DNA of 64,000 nucleotides from Acidobacteriota bacterium (GTDB lineage Bacteria > Acidobacteriota > UBA6911 > RPQK01 > JAJDTT01), in contig OZ242374.1 in assembly GCA_965209055.1 (NCBI GenBank), forward strand, positions 5,568,001-5,632,000. Reading direction: 5' to 3'. The translations under genes and the position numbers were made by a program. The notes under the pieces were generated by a model, which saw only the letters and a program-made list of their open reading frames with translations, ran no database searches and was not told the origin of the DNA. Of the stretch, positions 1 to 9,843 are shown piece after piece. The number at the start of each line of letters is the position of its first letter. The stretch's first letter is position 1.

Positions 1-1
1 C

Positions 2-859
2 GGCCCCTTCGACAGCCACAACACTCTGCTCTGGGACGACGAACGGGAGCGCTACGTCATCTATCTCAGGGGGGTCGACCCGTCGGTGCCCGGAGCGTTC
101 AAAGGGGGCCGCCGGGCCATCCGCCGGTCCGAGTCCTCCGATTTTCTCCACTGGACCGAACCGAAGCTGGTTTTCACCGCCGACGAGCAGGATCCTCCCG
201 ACTTCCATCTCTACACCAACGCGGCGGTCAAGTATTCCCGGGCCGCTTCCGCCTTCTTCATGTTTCCCATGATTCTGTATACCGACCGGTCGTATCCGGG
301 CGCTCCGTACCCGGGCCTTTCCGACGTGCGGTTCGCCTACAGCCGGGACGGCATCCGGTGGGAGAGGACCTTTCGGGAGCCTTACCTGACCCCGGGGCCG
401 GACGAGCGCAACTGGCTGGACCGCAATCCCATTGTGGGGCAGGGTGTGATCCGGACCGGTCCCGGGGAACTCTCCCTCTACTACTCGGATCTCTACCGGG
501 ACCGGGAGAGCCGGATCCGGCGGGCCACGCTTCGCACCGACGGCTTCGTCTCGGTGGACGGGCCCTACGAAGGCTGGGGTGAATTCACGACTCGTCCTCT
601 GCTCTTCCGGGGCAAGGAACTGGAGCTGAACTACAAGACCAGCAGCGGAGGCGCCATACAGGTGGAGATCCGGAACCAGCAGGGTGAGGCGTTGGACGGA
701 TTCCGCCTGGAAGACGGCCTTCCCCTGGTCGGCGATCGCATCGGCGGCGTGGTGCAATGGAAGTCCGGCGCCGACCTCTCCAGCCTGGCCGGCATTCCCG
801 TCCGGTTGCGGGTGCGCCTGAGGGACGCGGAAATCTATGCGTTTCGATTTCGTCCCTGA
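2..859 (+). CDS. Partial (5'-truncated) glycoside-hydrolase-like beta-propeller protein with C-terminal beta-sandwich
   Basis: Frame open from window edge (GPFDSHNTLLWD...); Asp-box-like motifs SSDFLHW and SRDGIRW; C-terminal LRTDGFVS...LRDAEIYAFRF. Confidence 0.6.
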   Translation, partial: GPFDSHNTLLWDDERERYVIYLRGVDPSVPGAFKGGRRAIRRSESSDFLHWTEPKLVFTADEQDPPDFHLYTNAAVKYSRAASAFFMFPMILYTDRSYPGAPYPGLSDVRFAYSRDGIRWERTFREPYLTPGPDERNWLDRNPIVGQGVIRTGPGELSLYYSDLYRDRESRIRRATLRTDGFVSVDGPYEGWGEFTTRPLLFRGKELELNYKTSSGGAIQVEIRNQQGEALDGFRLEDGLPLVGDRIGGVVQWKSGADLSSLAGIPVRLRVRLRDAEIYAFRFRP

Positions 860-935
860 CCGTCTCGCGGGAGCATCTCTCAAGCCGTTTGCCGCCCGTT
901 GTGGACCGGCATTCCAACCCACCAGGAGTTGAGCC

Positions 936-2108
936 ATGAAGATCTCGGACATCAAGGTGGACACTTTCCGCTACCGGACCCAGTGGTATCGGGACTACGA
1001 GGGCCATTCCTGTGCCGGAGCAGAGCGTTGGACCACCAACAACATGCTGACGATCCGGACCGACGAGGGAGCCGAGGGCTATTTTTTTGCCGGACCCTCC
1101 CAGGGGGTCGTGGACTCCCTGATCAAGCCGGCCCTGCTGGGTCAGGACCCCTTTTTCCGGGAGAAGATCTGGCAACGGATGCGGCGGATGCAGAAGCTCA
1201 CCAATTCCCTGCCCGACATGATGATCGCCCACGTCGACTGCGCCCTCTGGGACCTGGCCGGACGTTTTCTGCAGATCCCGGTCTACAAGATGATCGGCGC
1301 CGCGCGGACCCGGATTCCCGCCTATGCCAGCATCAATGCGGGCGACAACATCCCGGGGGGCCTCAGCAGCCCGGAGGATTACGCGCGATTCTCGGAGGAG
1401 TTGGTGCGGGACGGTTTCAAGGCCATCAAGCTGCACACCTGGATGTCCCCCCTGCCCGGCGCACCCGACGTCAAGCGGGACGTGGCCGCCTGCGCCGCGG
1501 TCCGCGAAGCCGTCGGGCCGGAAATCACCCTCATGCTGGATCCCCACCACCACTACGACCGGATCGAGGCGCTCTACCTCTCCAGGGAGATCGAGAAACT
1601 GGGTTTTCTCTGGATCGAGGAACCCATGAACGAGTACAGCATGTCCTCCTACGTCTGGCTCAACGGCAAGCTGGACATGGCGGTGCTGGGACCGGAGAAC
1701 CTGGAAGGCAGCTACCAGTCCCGGGCGGAGTGGGTGATGAACGGAGCCTCCGACATGCTGCGGGGCGGCACCGGCGAAGTGGGGGGCATCACGCCGATTC
1801 TGAAGCTGATCCACCTGGCCCAGGCCTTCAACCTCAGGATGGAGGTGCATGGCGGCGGTCCGCACAACATGCACGTCCTGTGCACCATGGACAACGGCTG
1901 GTTCTACGAGTGGGGACTGCTTCATCCCATGGTCGAACGCTATCGTCCCTTTCCGTGGCAGAAGACCCTCTACGATCCGATTGACGAGGAGGGCTGCGTC
2001 CGGGTCCCCGAGCGTCCCGGCCTGGGGGACGACATCGATTTCGACTACGTCCGGGAACACACTGTCGACGAAGGAGCAGTCGGCGGGGGAGCACCCGACG
2101 TGTATTGA
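936..2108 (+). CDS. Mandelate racemase/muconate lactonizing enzyme family (enolase superfamily)
   Basis: VDCALWDLAG, KAIKLH, LMLD, WIEEP, PERPGLG motifs; AGGAG RBS. Confidence 0.9.
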   Translation: MKISDIKVDTFRYRTQWYRDYEGHSCAGAERWTTNNMLTIRTDEGAEGYFFAGPSQGVVDSLIKPALLGQDPFFREKIWQRMRRMQKLTNSLPDMMIAHVDCALWDLAGRFLQIPVYKMIGAARTRIPAYASINAGDNIPGGLSSPEDYARFSEELVRDGFKAIKLHTWMSPLPGAPDVKRDVAACAAVREAVGPEITLMLDPHHHYDRIEALYLSREIEKLGFLWIEEPMNEYSMSSYVWLNGKLDMAVLGPENLEGSYQSRAEWVMNGASDMLRGGTGEVGGITPILKLIHLAQAFNLRMEVHGGGPHNMHVLCTMDNGWFYEWGLLHPMVERYRPFPWQKTLYDPIDEEGCVRVPERPGLGDDIDFDYVREHTVDEGAVGGGAPDVY

Positions 2109-2113
2109 GGAAT
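2100..2113 (+). repeat. Direct repeat copy 1 GTGTATTGAGGAAT, spanning the enolase-family stop codon
   Basis: Identical 14-mer at 3775-3788. Confidence 0.85.
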
Positions 2114-2217
2114 GCGGGCCAAGTCCGGTTCTTTCTAGATTCCGGGCGGCGTGGTCATGAACGGGACCATGCGTCTCGCGATTTCGCCCCGAAGTTGAAT
2201 TTCCTTCAGGGAGCAAG

Positions 2218-3432
2218 CTACGAGGTCATTCTCTGCGGAAACAATCCCGGCATCCAGCGGTGGGCGAGAGTCGCCGGAAACGCGAGCTTCAGAGGACCGC
2301 GGGTGCTTGCGGAGGTCAAAACGCCGCAGTCGAGCAGGGCCGAGGTGATCCGCCGGGCGTGGCGCCGGCCGACACCCAGGACCCTCGGCGCATGGCTCCG
2401 GGGAAGCTCTCCGCGAATGAGAACCGCCTCGAGCGCGGCGTCGGCGCGCGGGGGAAGCCGTTTCCCCCGAATCTCTTCCTCAGCCCAAACCAGAATACGT
2501 CCTCGAAGCCGGCTGGGCTGAATGAGACGCTCCATGAAATCGACTTGATCGATGCAGGTGGTCAGGAAGTATGCCGTGAATTCCATCAGGGCCGCTTCGC
2601 TCAAATGGCCCCGCCCGTCGAGATCATTGCGGCGGGTCTGGTCGCAGGCAGCAAGGTGCGCCTCATATGCGCCCTCGCTACGAGCCAGGCCTCTTGCCAC
2701 CGACCAGACGCCACCGGTATTCAGTGTTTCCCGCAGAACGGCATGGGACATCAGCCGCGCGACCCGGCCATTGCCATCCAGAAACGGGTGGACCCACAGT
2801 AAGCGGTGATGGGCGGTCGCAGCTGCCAGAATCGCGTCGGTCTTGCCCAGGTTCGAATAAGCGCTTTCGAACCGGGCCAGGAATCGAGGGATCGCACCCG
2901 GGCTGACGGGAACATGTCGGCCCGCCTGTACGTCCCGCGTACGGATCTCCCCCGGAATGACCCGGATTTCCTCGCCGGATCGGGGATCGGTCAACCGGAG
3001 CAGGCTACTGGGCACCCGATCGCAGAACCGCCTGTGGATCTGACGCAAGCCCGCCGCTGTCAGGGCAACACCGTCGACTCCCCCGTCATCGATCCAGGTC
3101 TGAACGGCAATGTGCGCCTTGGCTTCAAGCTGCAGATTGCGCAATTTCGGATCGGTGCTGTAATCGTCTCTGAGGGCACGCTCGATATCGACCGGATGAG
3201 TGTCGTGACCTTCGATCAGGTTGCTGTAGTAGCAATTCATCGCCCGCACGAGATCGGCAAGCGAACCAGCAACTCCCCCCGGCAGGCTCCGCCGTAGCCC
3301 GGCCGCTTTGGCGGCCAGATCCACGGCGAAGTCACTCAGGCTGGAAATTTGCTTGGCCGTGTCGCTGGCGAGAAGCGGCTCCATCAGGCCAACACTCTCT
3401 CCGCGGTCGACAACGGTCTCTTTCATGTCCAC
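2218..3432 (-). CDS. Fic family protein (class II-type) with probable C-terminal HTH
   Basis: HPFLDGNGRVAR catalytic motif; N-terminal SNLIEG matches the (S/T)xxxE(G/N) inhibitory motif; start GTG 3432 or ATG 3426. Confidence 0.92.
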   Translation of the reverse strand: MDMKETVVDRGESVGLMEPLLASDTAKQISSLSDFAVDLAAKAAGLRRSLPGGVAGSLADLVRAMNCYYSNLIEGHDTHPVDIERALRDDYSTDPKLRNLQLEAKAHIAVQTWIDDGGVDGVALTAAGLRQIHRRFCDRVPSSLLRLTDPRSGEEIRVIPGEIRTRDVQAGRHVPVSPGAIPRFLARFESAYSNLGKTDAILAAATAHHRLLWVHPFLDGNGRVARLMSHAVLRETLNTGGVWSVARGLARSEGAYEAHLAACDQTRRNDLDGRGHLSEAALMEFTAYFLTTCIDQVDFMERLIQPSRLRGRILVWAEEEIRGKRLPPRADAALEAVLIRGELPRSHAPRVLGVGRRHARRITSALLDCGVLTSASTRGPLKLAFPATLAHRWMPGLFPQRMTS

Positions 3433-3535
3433 TTTGATGTCCGGTTATTCTGCGTTTCGAAATCAATCATATCAGTACTTTAGACGTTTATTCACGTGAT
3501 CGGATCCGTTTTCATGTCCGGTTCTTCGTCCGCCC
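3423..3535. promoter_or_regulatory. Two pairs of 12-bp tandem repeats (core ATGTCCGGTT) around the fic start/promoter; putative operator
   Basis: TCATGTCCACTT/TGATGTCCGGTT (3423-3446) and TCATGTCCGGTT/CTTCGTCCGCCC (3512-3535) flank an AT-rich stretch. Confidence 0.45.
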
Positions 3536-3774
3536 GTCCCGGTTCCGGCGCCCCGTTCAATCGCGGACGGACCCCTGTCCCGCAACTCCTGCGCCCGCTC
3601 GGAGTAGACTTGGCGTTCACGTAACGGGGACCGAAAGCACGGGAGGCGCAATGCGTTTCGATTTCACATGGCAGGACGGGACGCCGGGTCCAACCGATGT
3701 CGAAATCGTGGAAAGTAGGCGGACGAAACGGACTGGCCCCTTCTCGTCGGCCGATCCTGAAGGGGACGCCGGAG

Positions 3775-3788
3775 GTGTATTGAGGAAT
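3775..3788 (+). repeat. Direct repeat copy 2 GTGTATTGAGGAAT
   Basis: Identical to 2100-2113; preceded by codons reading GTPEVY* versus GAPDVY* at copy 1. Confidence 0.85.
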
Positions 3789-3796
3789 CCCTCCGG

Positions 3797-5761
3797 CTAG
3801 GATTGTCGTCCCAGGAAGCGGTCGAACCACTGGCACACCAGTTCGAAGTACTCCAGCCTGAAGACGTGCCGGCCCGGGGGCTGGTACACCTTGAAGTGAT
3901 CCGGCTTTCCGGCCGCGGCGTAGACGGGCTCGACCTGCCGGATCAGGCGGTCGACCCCGGCCTTGGGCATGTCCTCGTCTTCGGTGGGCGCCACCATCAT
4001 GAAGGGACGGGGGGCGATGCAACTGTTCACGATGTCCCAATGCTCGAAGTAGCGGAGCATGTGGGGGAGGTAGGCAAACGAACTGTGGCGTTCGGGCATG
4101 CCGTCGTGGATGTTGATGCGCAAGCTCCCCAGGCCGCCGCAGACGGAGGCGCCGGTTCGGATCCAGTCACCCAGCGCCATGCCCAGCCAGGTGGCCCAGC
4201 CACCCAGCGACATGCCGGCCAACCCGATGCGGTTGGCGTCGACTCCCTCCTGGGCGCCCAGTACCCGGGCCGCCCGAAGCACCTCGTCGGCGATGACACC
4301 GATCTGGGATCTGCCGTAAGGGATCAGCCTCCGGTTCTCCTCCTCCCAACGCCCCAGTGTGATGCGCCGCGTCTCGGCGCCCTTGGGAGTGAAGGTCAAC
4401 ATGGCGTAACCCCGGCGCGCCAGCTCCCGTCCCCAGCCGAAAAGGGGACCCTCGTCGGGCCGGGGCCGATGGTAGCGCTCGTGGGCGACGTGCTCGGCGG
4501 TGCTGCCCGTGCCGTTCATGCAGACCAGGCCGGCCAGCGGGCCTGACGGCTCCCGGGGGCGGATGAACCGGGCCGGGATCACCTCTCCCAGGTAGTTGGA
4601 GAAGGTGATGCGGCTCTCCCGCAGCCCTTCCTCCTGCTCCTCGCCTCCGGCCTCCCCGAGGGTGAAGTCGACGCGCCCGGGAATGCGGTCCAGCCCGATG
4701 AGCTCTCGAAACTTCTCCGGGACCCGGCTCAGGGGAAGGTCGACGGGAAACGCCGGCCGGATGTTCCGAGATACCGTCGGGGTCACGAGACCGTCTCCGG
4801 AGGGGGGCGAACCGGACTCCAGTTCGTTCCGGAACCCCATCTTCTCCGGCAGGATGCGCCGCCTCCGGATTCGCAACGGGATCCTGGGATCGGCGTCCGG
4901 GTCGGAGTCGGTCCGGGTCTCGCGGCTCAGGAACAGCGGAATGTCCTCCGCCCGGGGATTGGTCCGGTCATGCGCCTCCGGGAAGCTGCGCATGATGATT
5001 CTCTGCTCCCGGTTCAGGGTGGCGATCCATTCCGGATCGCACTGCCGCCGGTCTCCTTCCCAGAGCCAGGACGGACAGTAGCTGATGAAGATGTTCTTCC
5101 GCACCGTGTCGGTCTCGTTGACGTCCACCCGATGCCAGGTCCCGCAGTGCATGACGGTGATGGTCCCGGCGGGAACGCAGAGAGGCTCCTCGCCGGGAAC
5201 GCTCCGGTGCGTGTAGTAGTGCTCGAATTCCGGACTCTTGTGGCTGCCCGGCATGTAGATGAAGTTGGCCATTCCGGTGCGGGGCAGGCCGGTGAGCCAG
5301 TAGCCGATGCAGAGCCGCAGGGGAAGCACGGGCGAGAATGCGGCATAGGGAGTCGGCCGGGGCGAGTCGGGATGCCACATGCTCCGGTTCGTGTTCCGGG
5401 GCCGGACGAAGACGTCCGAACGCTGCACCTTCAACAGCTCGCCGTACAGATCGTAGCCGTACCCGACGTGACGGGGATGGTCGATGAGCTCGCTCAGGAC
5501 CGGGTCCGCCGTCACGGCGTTGGTGACCCGATAGTCCTGGCCGGGCCGGTAGTTCGGGTCCGATGCGCAGACCCGATCGATGGCTTCGACGTAGCGGTGC
5601 ACCTCCTCCTGGGACAGGGCGTTCCTGAAAACGAGCATTCCCCGTTCCAGGAACTCCTCCCACTGCTCCGGGGTGAAACCCGGCGGCGCCACTCGATAAC
5701 TCGTTTCGGTCACCACCGGGTTCCTGTTCGTCTCACCCCAGGCGGACTCCGGCCGTCGCAT
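3797..5761 (-). CDS. Fusion: phytanoyl-CoA dioxygenase (PhyH)-family domain + alpha/beta hydrolase (dienelactone hydrolase-like) domain
   Basis: N-half FTPEQWEEF..G start, WHPD and GTWH Fe-ligand motifs; C-half GMSLGG nucleophile elbow, TEDED and GRHVF; exact start uncertain. Confidence 0.8.
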   Translation of the reverse strand: MRRPESAWGETNRNPVVTETSYRVAPPGFTPEQWEEFLERGMLVFRNALSQEEVHRYVEAIDRVCASDPNYRPGQDYRVTNAVTADPVLSELIDHPRHVGYGYDLYGELLKVQRSDVFVRPRNTNRSMWHPDSPRPTPYAAFSPVLPLRLCIGYWLTGLPRTGMANFIYMPGSHKSPEFEHYYTHRSVPGEEPLCVPAGTITVMHCGTWHRVDVNETDTVRKNIFISYCPSWLWEGDRRQCDPEWIATLNREQRIIMRSFPEAHDRTNPRAEDIPLFLSRETRTDSDPDADPRIPLRIRRRRILPEKMGFRNELESGSPPSGDGLVTPTVSRNIRPAFPVDLPLSRVPEKFRELIGLDRIPGRVDFTLGEAGGEEQEEGLRESRITFSNYLGEVIPARFIRPREPSGPLAGLVCMNGTGSTAEHVAHERYHRPRPDEGPLFGWGRELARRGYAMLTFTPKGAETRRITLGRWEEENRRLIPYGRSQIGVIADEVLRAARVLGAQEGVDANRIGLAGMSLGGWATWLGMALGDWIRTGASVCGGLGSLRINIHDGMPERHSSFAYLPHMLRYFEHWDIVNSCIAPRPFMMVAPTEDEDMPKAGVDRLIRQVEPVYAAAGKPDHFKVYQPPGRHVFRLEYFELVCQWFDRFLGRQS

Positions 5762-5792
5762 CGCGCCTACGCGAGGCTTTCACCACGGACTG

Positions 5793-7082
5793 TCAAGTCT
5801 TGGTTTTCTCTCTCACCAGGTCGTCACGGCTCAGGTGGACCCGGTCGAAGCTGTCGTCGGAGATGACGTAGTACCAGGCGGCGAAGCGGGCATTGAGCTG
5901 TTCGGAGCGCTCCCGCGCCGTCTCCACCTTCTCTTTGCGCTCCTCTTCCTCCGCCGGCAGGTTCTGCATGTCCTCGTCATTGAACGAGGCGCTGATGAAC
6001 AGGTAGCGGTTCTCACCGGGACCGCTCTCCTTGTCGTCACTGGATTCGCCGCCCGCGGTGACCGCGTCCCCCGACCCGTAGACCACCTCGCCGAAGCGGA
6101 GCGTATAAGTCACGCCGTCGGAGGTCAGCACAGTCATTTCCCCTTCGTTGGAGACCAGTGATCCCTGGCGGGTGAAATAGAACCCCTTGCTCTGGAGCGA
6201 CATCATGTCGCCCTGAGTGATTCTGGTCGAGCCCTCGGCCCGCATCAGGGTGCGGGACAGCCCCTCCGGCTTGGGCCGGACGCCCACGATGTTGAGCTCG
6301 TCGATGGACCGCATCAACTCGCTGGCCCGGTAGGTCTCCATCTCCTCGTCGGCGCGGAGCTTGTCCAAAGCCCAATCGCCCTCCTTCTTGGTCAGCACCA
6401 GCTTGCCGCGGCGATTCAGGGAGCCGGTGCGCTCGTTGATGGAGTAGTTCTCCAGAACGACCCGGACGATGTCGTCCTTCTCCAATTGCAGCAGGTCCTT
6501 CTCGATCCAGTCCTCGAACTTGGTGGAGGGCTCCACCGGCATCTGGGCCACGTAGACCCGCTTTTGCTCCGGCAATCGGACGAAGCGGAGGTTCTCCCGC
6601 TCCTGGACCTTCTTGCCCACGATCATATCGGCCAGGACCTCGTCCCCTTCCCCCTTGATGGTGACCCGGCGCCCCCGGCCCCGCAGGCTGGTCTCTCCCT
6701 CGTCCAGCGGGTCCAGCACTCCGCAGGCCTCATGGTCGGCGACGTTGTTGGACCGGAAGTCGTCCTTGCGCATCTCGATGATGCCGGCGGCCGTCTTGGC
6801 CAGGAGCTCCTTGCCGTCGGCGGGATATTCGTGGTGGGACGGGATGGTCCACTTGCCTCCCTCGGAGGTCACCTTGAAGGGGCGGGCCGAAGCCGTGTCC
6901 TCGTCGAAATCCACGACTTCCAAGGAGACCGCCACGTTGGGATCGGTGAACTCGGGGAAGAAGGCTTCGCCGACGTCCAGGAAGGCGTCGGGGGCGACCC
7001 GGCTGGGGACCGTCACCAATGCGACCAGCAGAATCAGGACGCCGCCGCCCAGGTAGCTCAAGGATCTGTTCGTTTCACTCAT
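5793..7082 (-). CDS. DUF4340-like membrane-anchored periplasmic protein (Gld-type ABC accessory)
   Basis: N-terminal TM helix, W-x-I...YPAD motif, FVR...VY motif; last gene of the GldA/F/G-type operon. Confidence 0.75.
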   Translation of the reverse strand: MSETNRSLSYLGGGVLILLVALVTVPSRVAPDAFLDVGEAFFPEFTDPNVAVSLEVVDFDEDTASARPFKVTSEGGKWTIPSHHEYPADGKELLAKTAAGIIEMRKDDFRSNNVADHEACGVLDPLDEGETSLRGRGRRVTIKGEGDEVLADMIVGKKVQERENLRFVRLPEQKRVYVAQMPVEPSTKFEDWIEKDLLQLEKDDIVRVVLENYSINERTGSLNRRGKLVLTKKEGDWALDKLRADEEMETYRASELMRSIDELNIVGVRPKPEGLSRTLMRAEGSTRITQGDMMSLQSKGFYFTRQGSLVSNEGEMTVLTSDGVTYTLRFGEVVYGSGDAVTAGGESSDDKESGPGENRYLFISASFNDEDMQNLPAEEEERKEKVETARERSEQLNARFAAWYYVISDDSFDRVHLSRDDLVREKTKT

Positions 7083-7086
7083 GTTT

Positions 7087-9843
7087 TTATGACCTCAACC
7101 TTCTCGCCGCACGGGCGCCCTCCTCTTCCCGGCGCTGGCGGCGCACGAAGATGAGCACGCCCAGCACGAACACGGGAACCGGAGGCAACAGGACCGCGTA
7201 GGTCCGGATGTTGCCCTGGATCCTCCGGATCTGACTCTCCATGCTCTCCTTGCTGGCGTTGATCTTGGACTCCTTCTCGGCCTCGATATTGGCCTTCAGC
7301 ACCTCGAACCGCCGGTTCTCCACTTCCTGGAGGTTCTGGGCCATAATCTGCTTGGCCTGAGCGTCCAGGTCCCGGCGTTCGCGCACCTCGTCGACCTTCT
7401 CCTGCAAGCGCTCCTGCGCCTGCTTGAGGGCCTTTTCGGCCACCTCCTCGGCTTCCTCTTCGTCCTTCACCCGCTGTTCGACAAAGCTGCGAGTCTGATC
7501 TTCGACCCGCTCCAGAGTCCGGTGGCGGACGCGCTTGTTGCGCAGCGCCACGAACGACTCGTCGCCCATGAGAACGTCCATGCAGTTGAGAAAGAAGGTC
7601 ACGTTGTCGAAGTTGAGGGTCTCGGGTCCCTGAGCCCGGATCGAGAAGAACTGCTGGGAGATAAAGTCCAGATCCGCCACCACGATGGCGTTGACCCGCT
7701 CGGATTCTTCCTCCTTCTTTTCGCCTTCTCCGTCCGGTTTCGAGTCGGCGCTCTCCGACGCCTCTTCCGGAGATGCCTCAGCTTCAGAATCGGATTCGCC
7801 CTTCTCCGTCTCCAAGTCCCTGGTCCGGACGTGCGCGGCCAGGATGTACTCCCGGTCATCCGGGCGATGAGGAAGCCCGCGGGCCAACTGGACGCCGAAG
7901 AAGTTCCGCTGAACCATGCGGGAGTAGTTCTGGACCGCCGACGCCTCTCCCGAACGAACCAGGGGCCGGAATTCCAGATCGGAGCCCGCCTCCCGCTTCA
8001 CGTGTCCTGGGAACAGGAAGACCAATTCCTGGAGGGCGAGGCTGGCCGGATGCTCCCGGTTGAAGGCCTGTTCGTTGTCGTTCCCTTCGCCGACGAAGAC
8101 CACTTCCTCCGGCAGGTGGGCCAGATCCGGGTGGGGATTGTAGCTGTCCCAGACGATCCCGGCGTTGTCCCAACGGACTCCGATCCTGGCCAACAGGCCC
8201 AGGATGTCTCCCTTGGGTTTGGGAGGCGGCCCCTGCTGCCGCTGAAAGGGATTGGTATTGGCGCCGGACCGCTCCGCAGGGGAAAGCCCGATGTTGAATA
8301 TGGGCAATGGGTCCACCAGGAGGAGCGTGGGGTTTCCCTGGTGGATATATTCCAGCAGGTTGTCCATTTCCGGCTGAGGCAGCGAGGAGGGAAGGGCCGC
8401 GAAAAGCCCGTCCAGTTCCTGACGGATGGGAGCCGCCGCCGAGACCTGCACCACGTCGTACTGCTTCCTCAGTTCCTCCACCACCGGCCATGCGGGATTG
8501 CTGCGCATGCTGGAGAAGTCGAAACCGCCGAAGAGTTTGGCTTCGGTGCCCAGGATCCCGACCTTCTTCCGTTCCGTCCTGGCCACCACCCGGACGCTGC
8601 GAGTGATCTCGTACTCGATGGGCAACCCCCTCTCCAGGAAGGGGATCACCTGCTCCTCGGCACCGCAGGTGAAGGCCACGCCCAGGAACACGTCGGTGAA
8701 GCCGGCGCGGGCGCTGCCCAGATGGGGGACCTGCCGGGGGGTGATTCCGAACTTCTCCCGGGCGTCCCGGGCTTCCTGGGTGAAGGGCTCCGTGTCCTCG
8801 ATGAGAACCTGGACCCTGGCGCCTCCCACCGATTCGATCTCTCCCAGCACTCCCAGCAGATTGGCCCGGGTCTGCACCAACTGCTCCGGGACCTCGGGGC
8901 TCACGTACGCCTGGATGAAGACGGGTCGTTCGCCGGACAACTCGGAAATCAGGGAGACCGTCTCCCCGCTCAGGGAGTGGAGGCCCTCGGCCGTGGCGTC
9001 AACCCGGATGCCCGCGCGTCCCAGAATCACGTTGAGGCCGATCACCGCCAGAACCAGTCCGACCGTCCGCGCCGCATGGTGGAGCCACATGGGACGTCCT
9101 TCGGCCTGTCGCGGCCAATGCCGCTTCTCCACCAGGAGCACGTTGACGTAGAGCATCAGTCCGGCGATGGAGAGGAAGTAGAGGAGCCCGGAGAAGCTCA
9201 TGACGCCGCGGGCAAAGTCGTCGAAGTGCCGGTAGACACCGAGGGGCGCCAGGAACTCGCCGAGACCCGCTCCGAAGGAACCCATCAGGTCGATGAGGAC
9301 GAGGAAGGCGCAGAAGACGGCGCCGACGACGAAGGCGATGGTGGCGTTGGCCGTGAGCAGCGAGGCCAGCATCCCCACGGCGATCAAAGCCGCTCCCAGC
9401 AGCCAGTAACCCACGTAGTTGCTGAACATGAGTCCCAGGTCGGGACTGCCGAGCCAGCTCAGAACCAGGACGTGGCTCATCGAGAGCACCAGCGACGCGG
9501 TGTAGATGCCGAGGGTGGCCAGGTACTTGCCGATGACGATCTCGAGGCTCGTGGCCGGGAGCGTGAAGAGCAGCTCGTCGGTGCCCTGTTTCCTCTCCTC
9601 GGACCAGACCGACATGGTCAGCGCCGGAATGAAGAACAGGAGCAGGTAGGGAAACATGTAGTTGAGCTGGTCCAGATTGGCCAGATTGTCCAGGAAGAAA
9701 CGATCCTGCCAGAAGGCCGCCGCCGTGCTCAGAAGGATGAACAGCGTGATGAAGACGTAGCCGGTGGGACTCGTGAAGTACTTCCACAGGTCCCGCTTCA
9801 CCAGCGCCAGGACGAAAGTGGTGTTGATCTCGGGTCGCTTCAC
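7087..9843 (-). CDS. Fused ABC-2 permease (GldF-like) + GldG-like periplasmic domain with C-terminal coiled coil and TM helix
   Basis: YFTSPTGY, PALTM..WSEERKQGTDELL.TLP permease motif; DATAEGLHSLS and EYEITRS GldG-like motifs. Confidence 0.85.
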   Translation of the reverse strand: MKRPEINTTFVLALVKRDLWKYFTSPTGYVFITLFILLSTAAAFWQDRFFLDNLANLDQLNYMFPYLLLFFIPALTMSVWSEERKQGTDELLFTLPATSLEIVIGKYLATLGIYTASLVLSMSHVLVLSWLGSPDLGLMFSNYVGYWLLGAALIAVGMLASLLTANATIAFVVGAVFCAFLVLIDLMGSFGAGLGEFLAPLGVYRHFDDFARGVMSFSGLLYFLSIAGLMLYVNVLLVEKRHWPRQAEGRPMWLHHAARTVGLVLAVIGLNVILGRAGIRVDATAEGLHSLSGETVSLISELSGERPVFIQAYVSPEVPEQLVQTRANLLGVLGEIESVGGARVQVLIEDTEPFTQEARDAREKFGITPRQVPHLGSARAGFTDVFLGVAFTCGAEEQVIPFLERGLPIEYEITRSVRVVARTERKKVGILGTEAKLFGGFDFSSMRSNPAWPVVEELRKQYDVVQVSAAAPIRQELDGLFAALPSSLPQPEMDNLLEYIHQGNPTLLLVDPLPIFNIGLSPAERSGANTNPFQRQQGPPPKPKGDILGLLARIGVRWDNAGIVWDSYNPHPDLAHLPEEVVFVGEGNDNEQAFNREHPASLALQELVFLFPGHVKREAGSDLEFRPLVRSGEASAVQNYSRMVQRNFFGVQLARGLPHRPDDREYILAAHVRTRDLETEKGESDSEAEASPEEASESADSKPDGEGEKKEEESERVNAIVVADLDFISQQFFSIRAQGPETLNFDNVTFFLNCMDVLMGDESFVALRNKRVRHRTLERVEDQTRSFVEQRVKDEEEAEEVAEKALKQAQERLQEKVDEVRERRDLDAQAKQIMAQNLQEVENRRFEVLKANIEAEKESKINASKESMESQIRRIQGNIRTYAVLLPPVPVFVLGVLIFVRRQRREEEGARAARRLRS

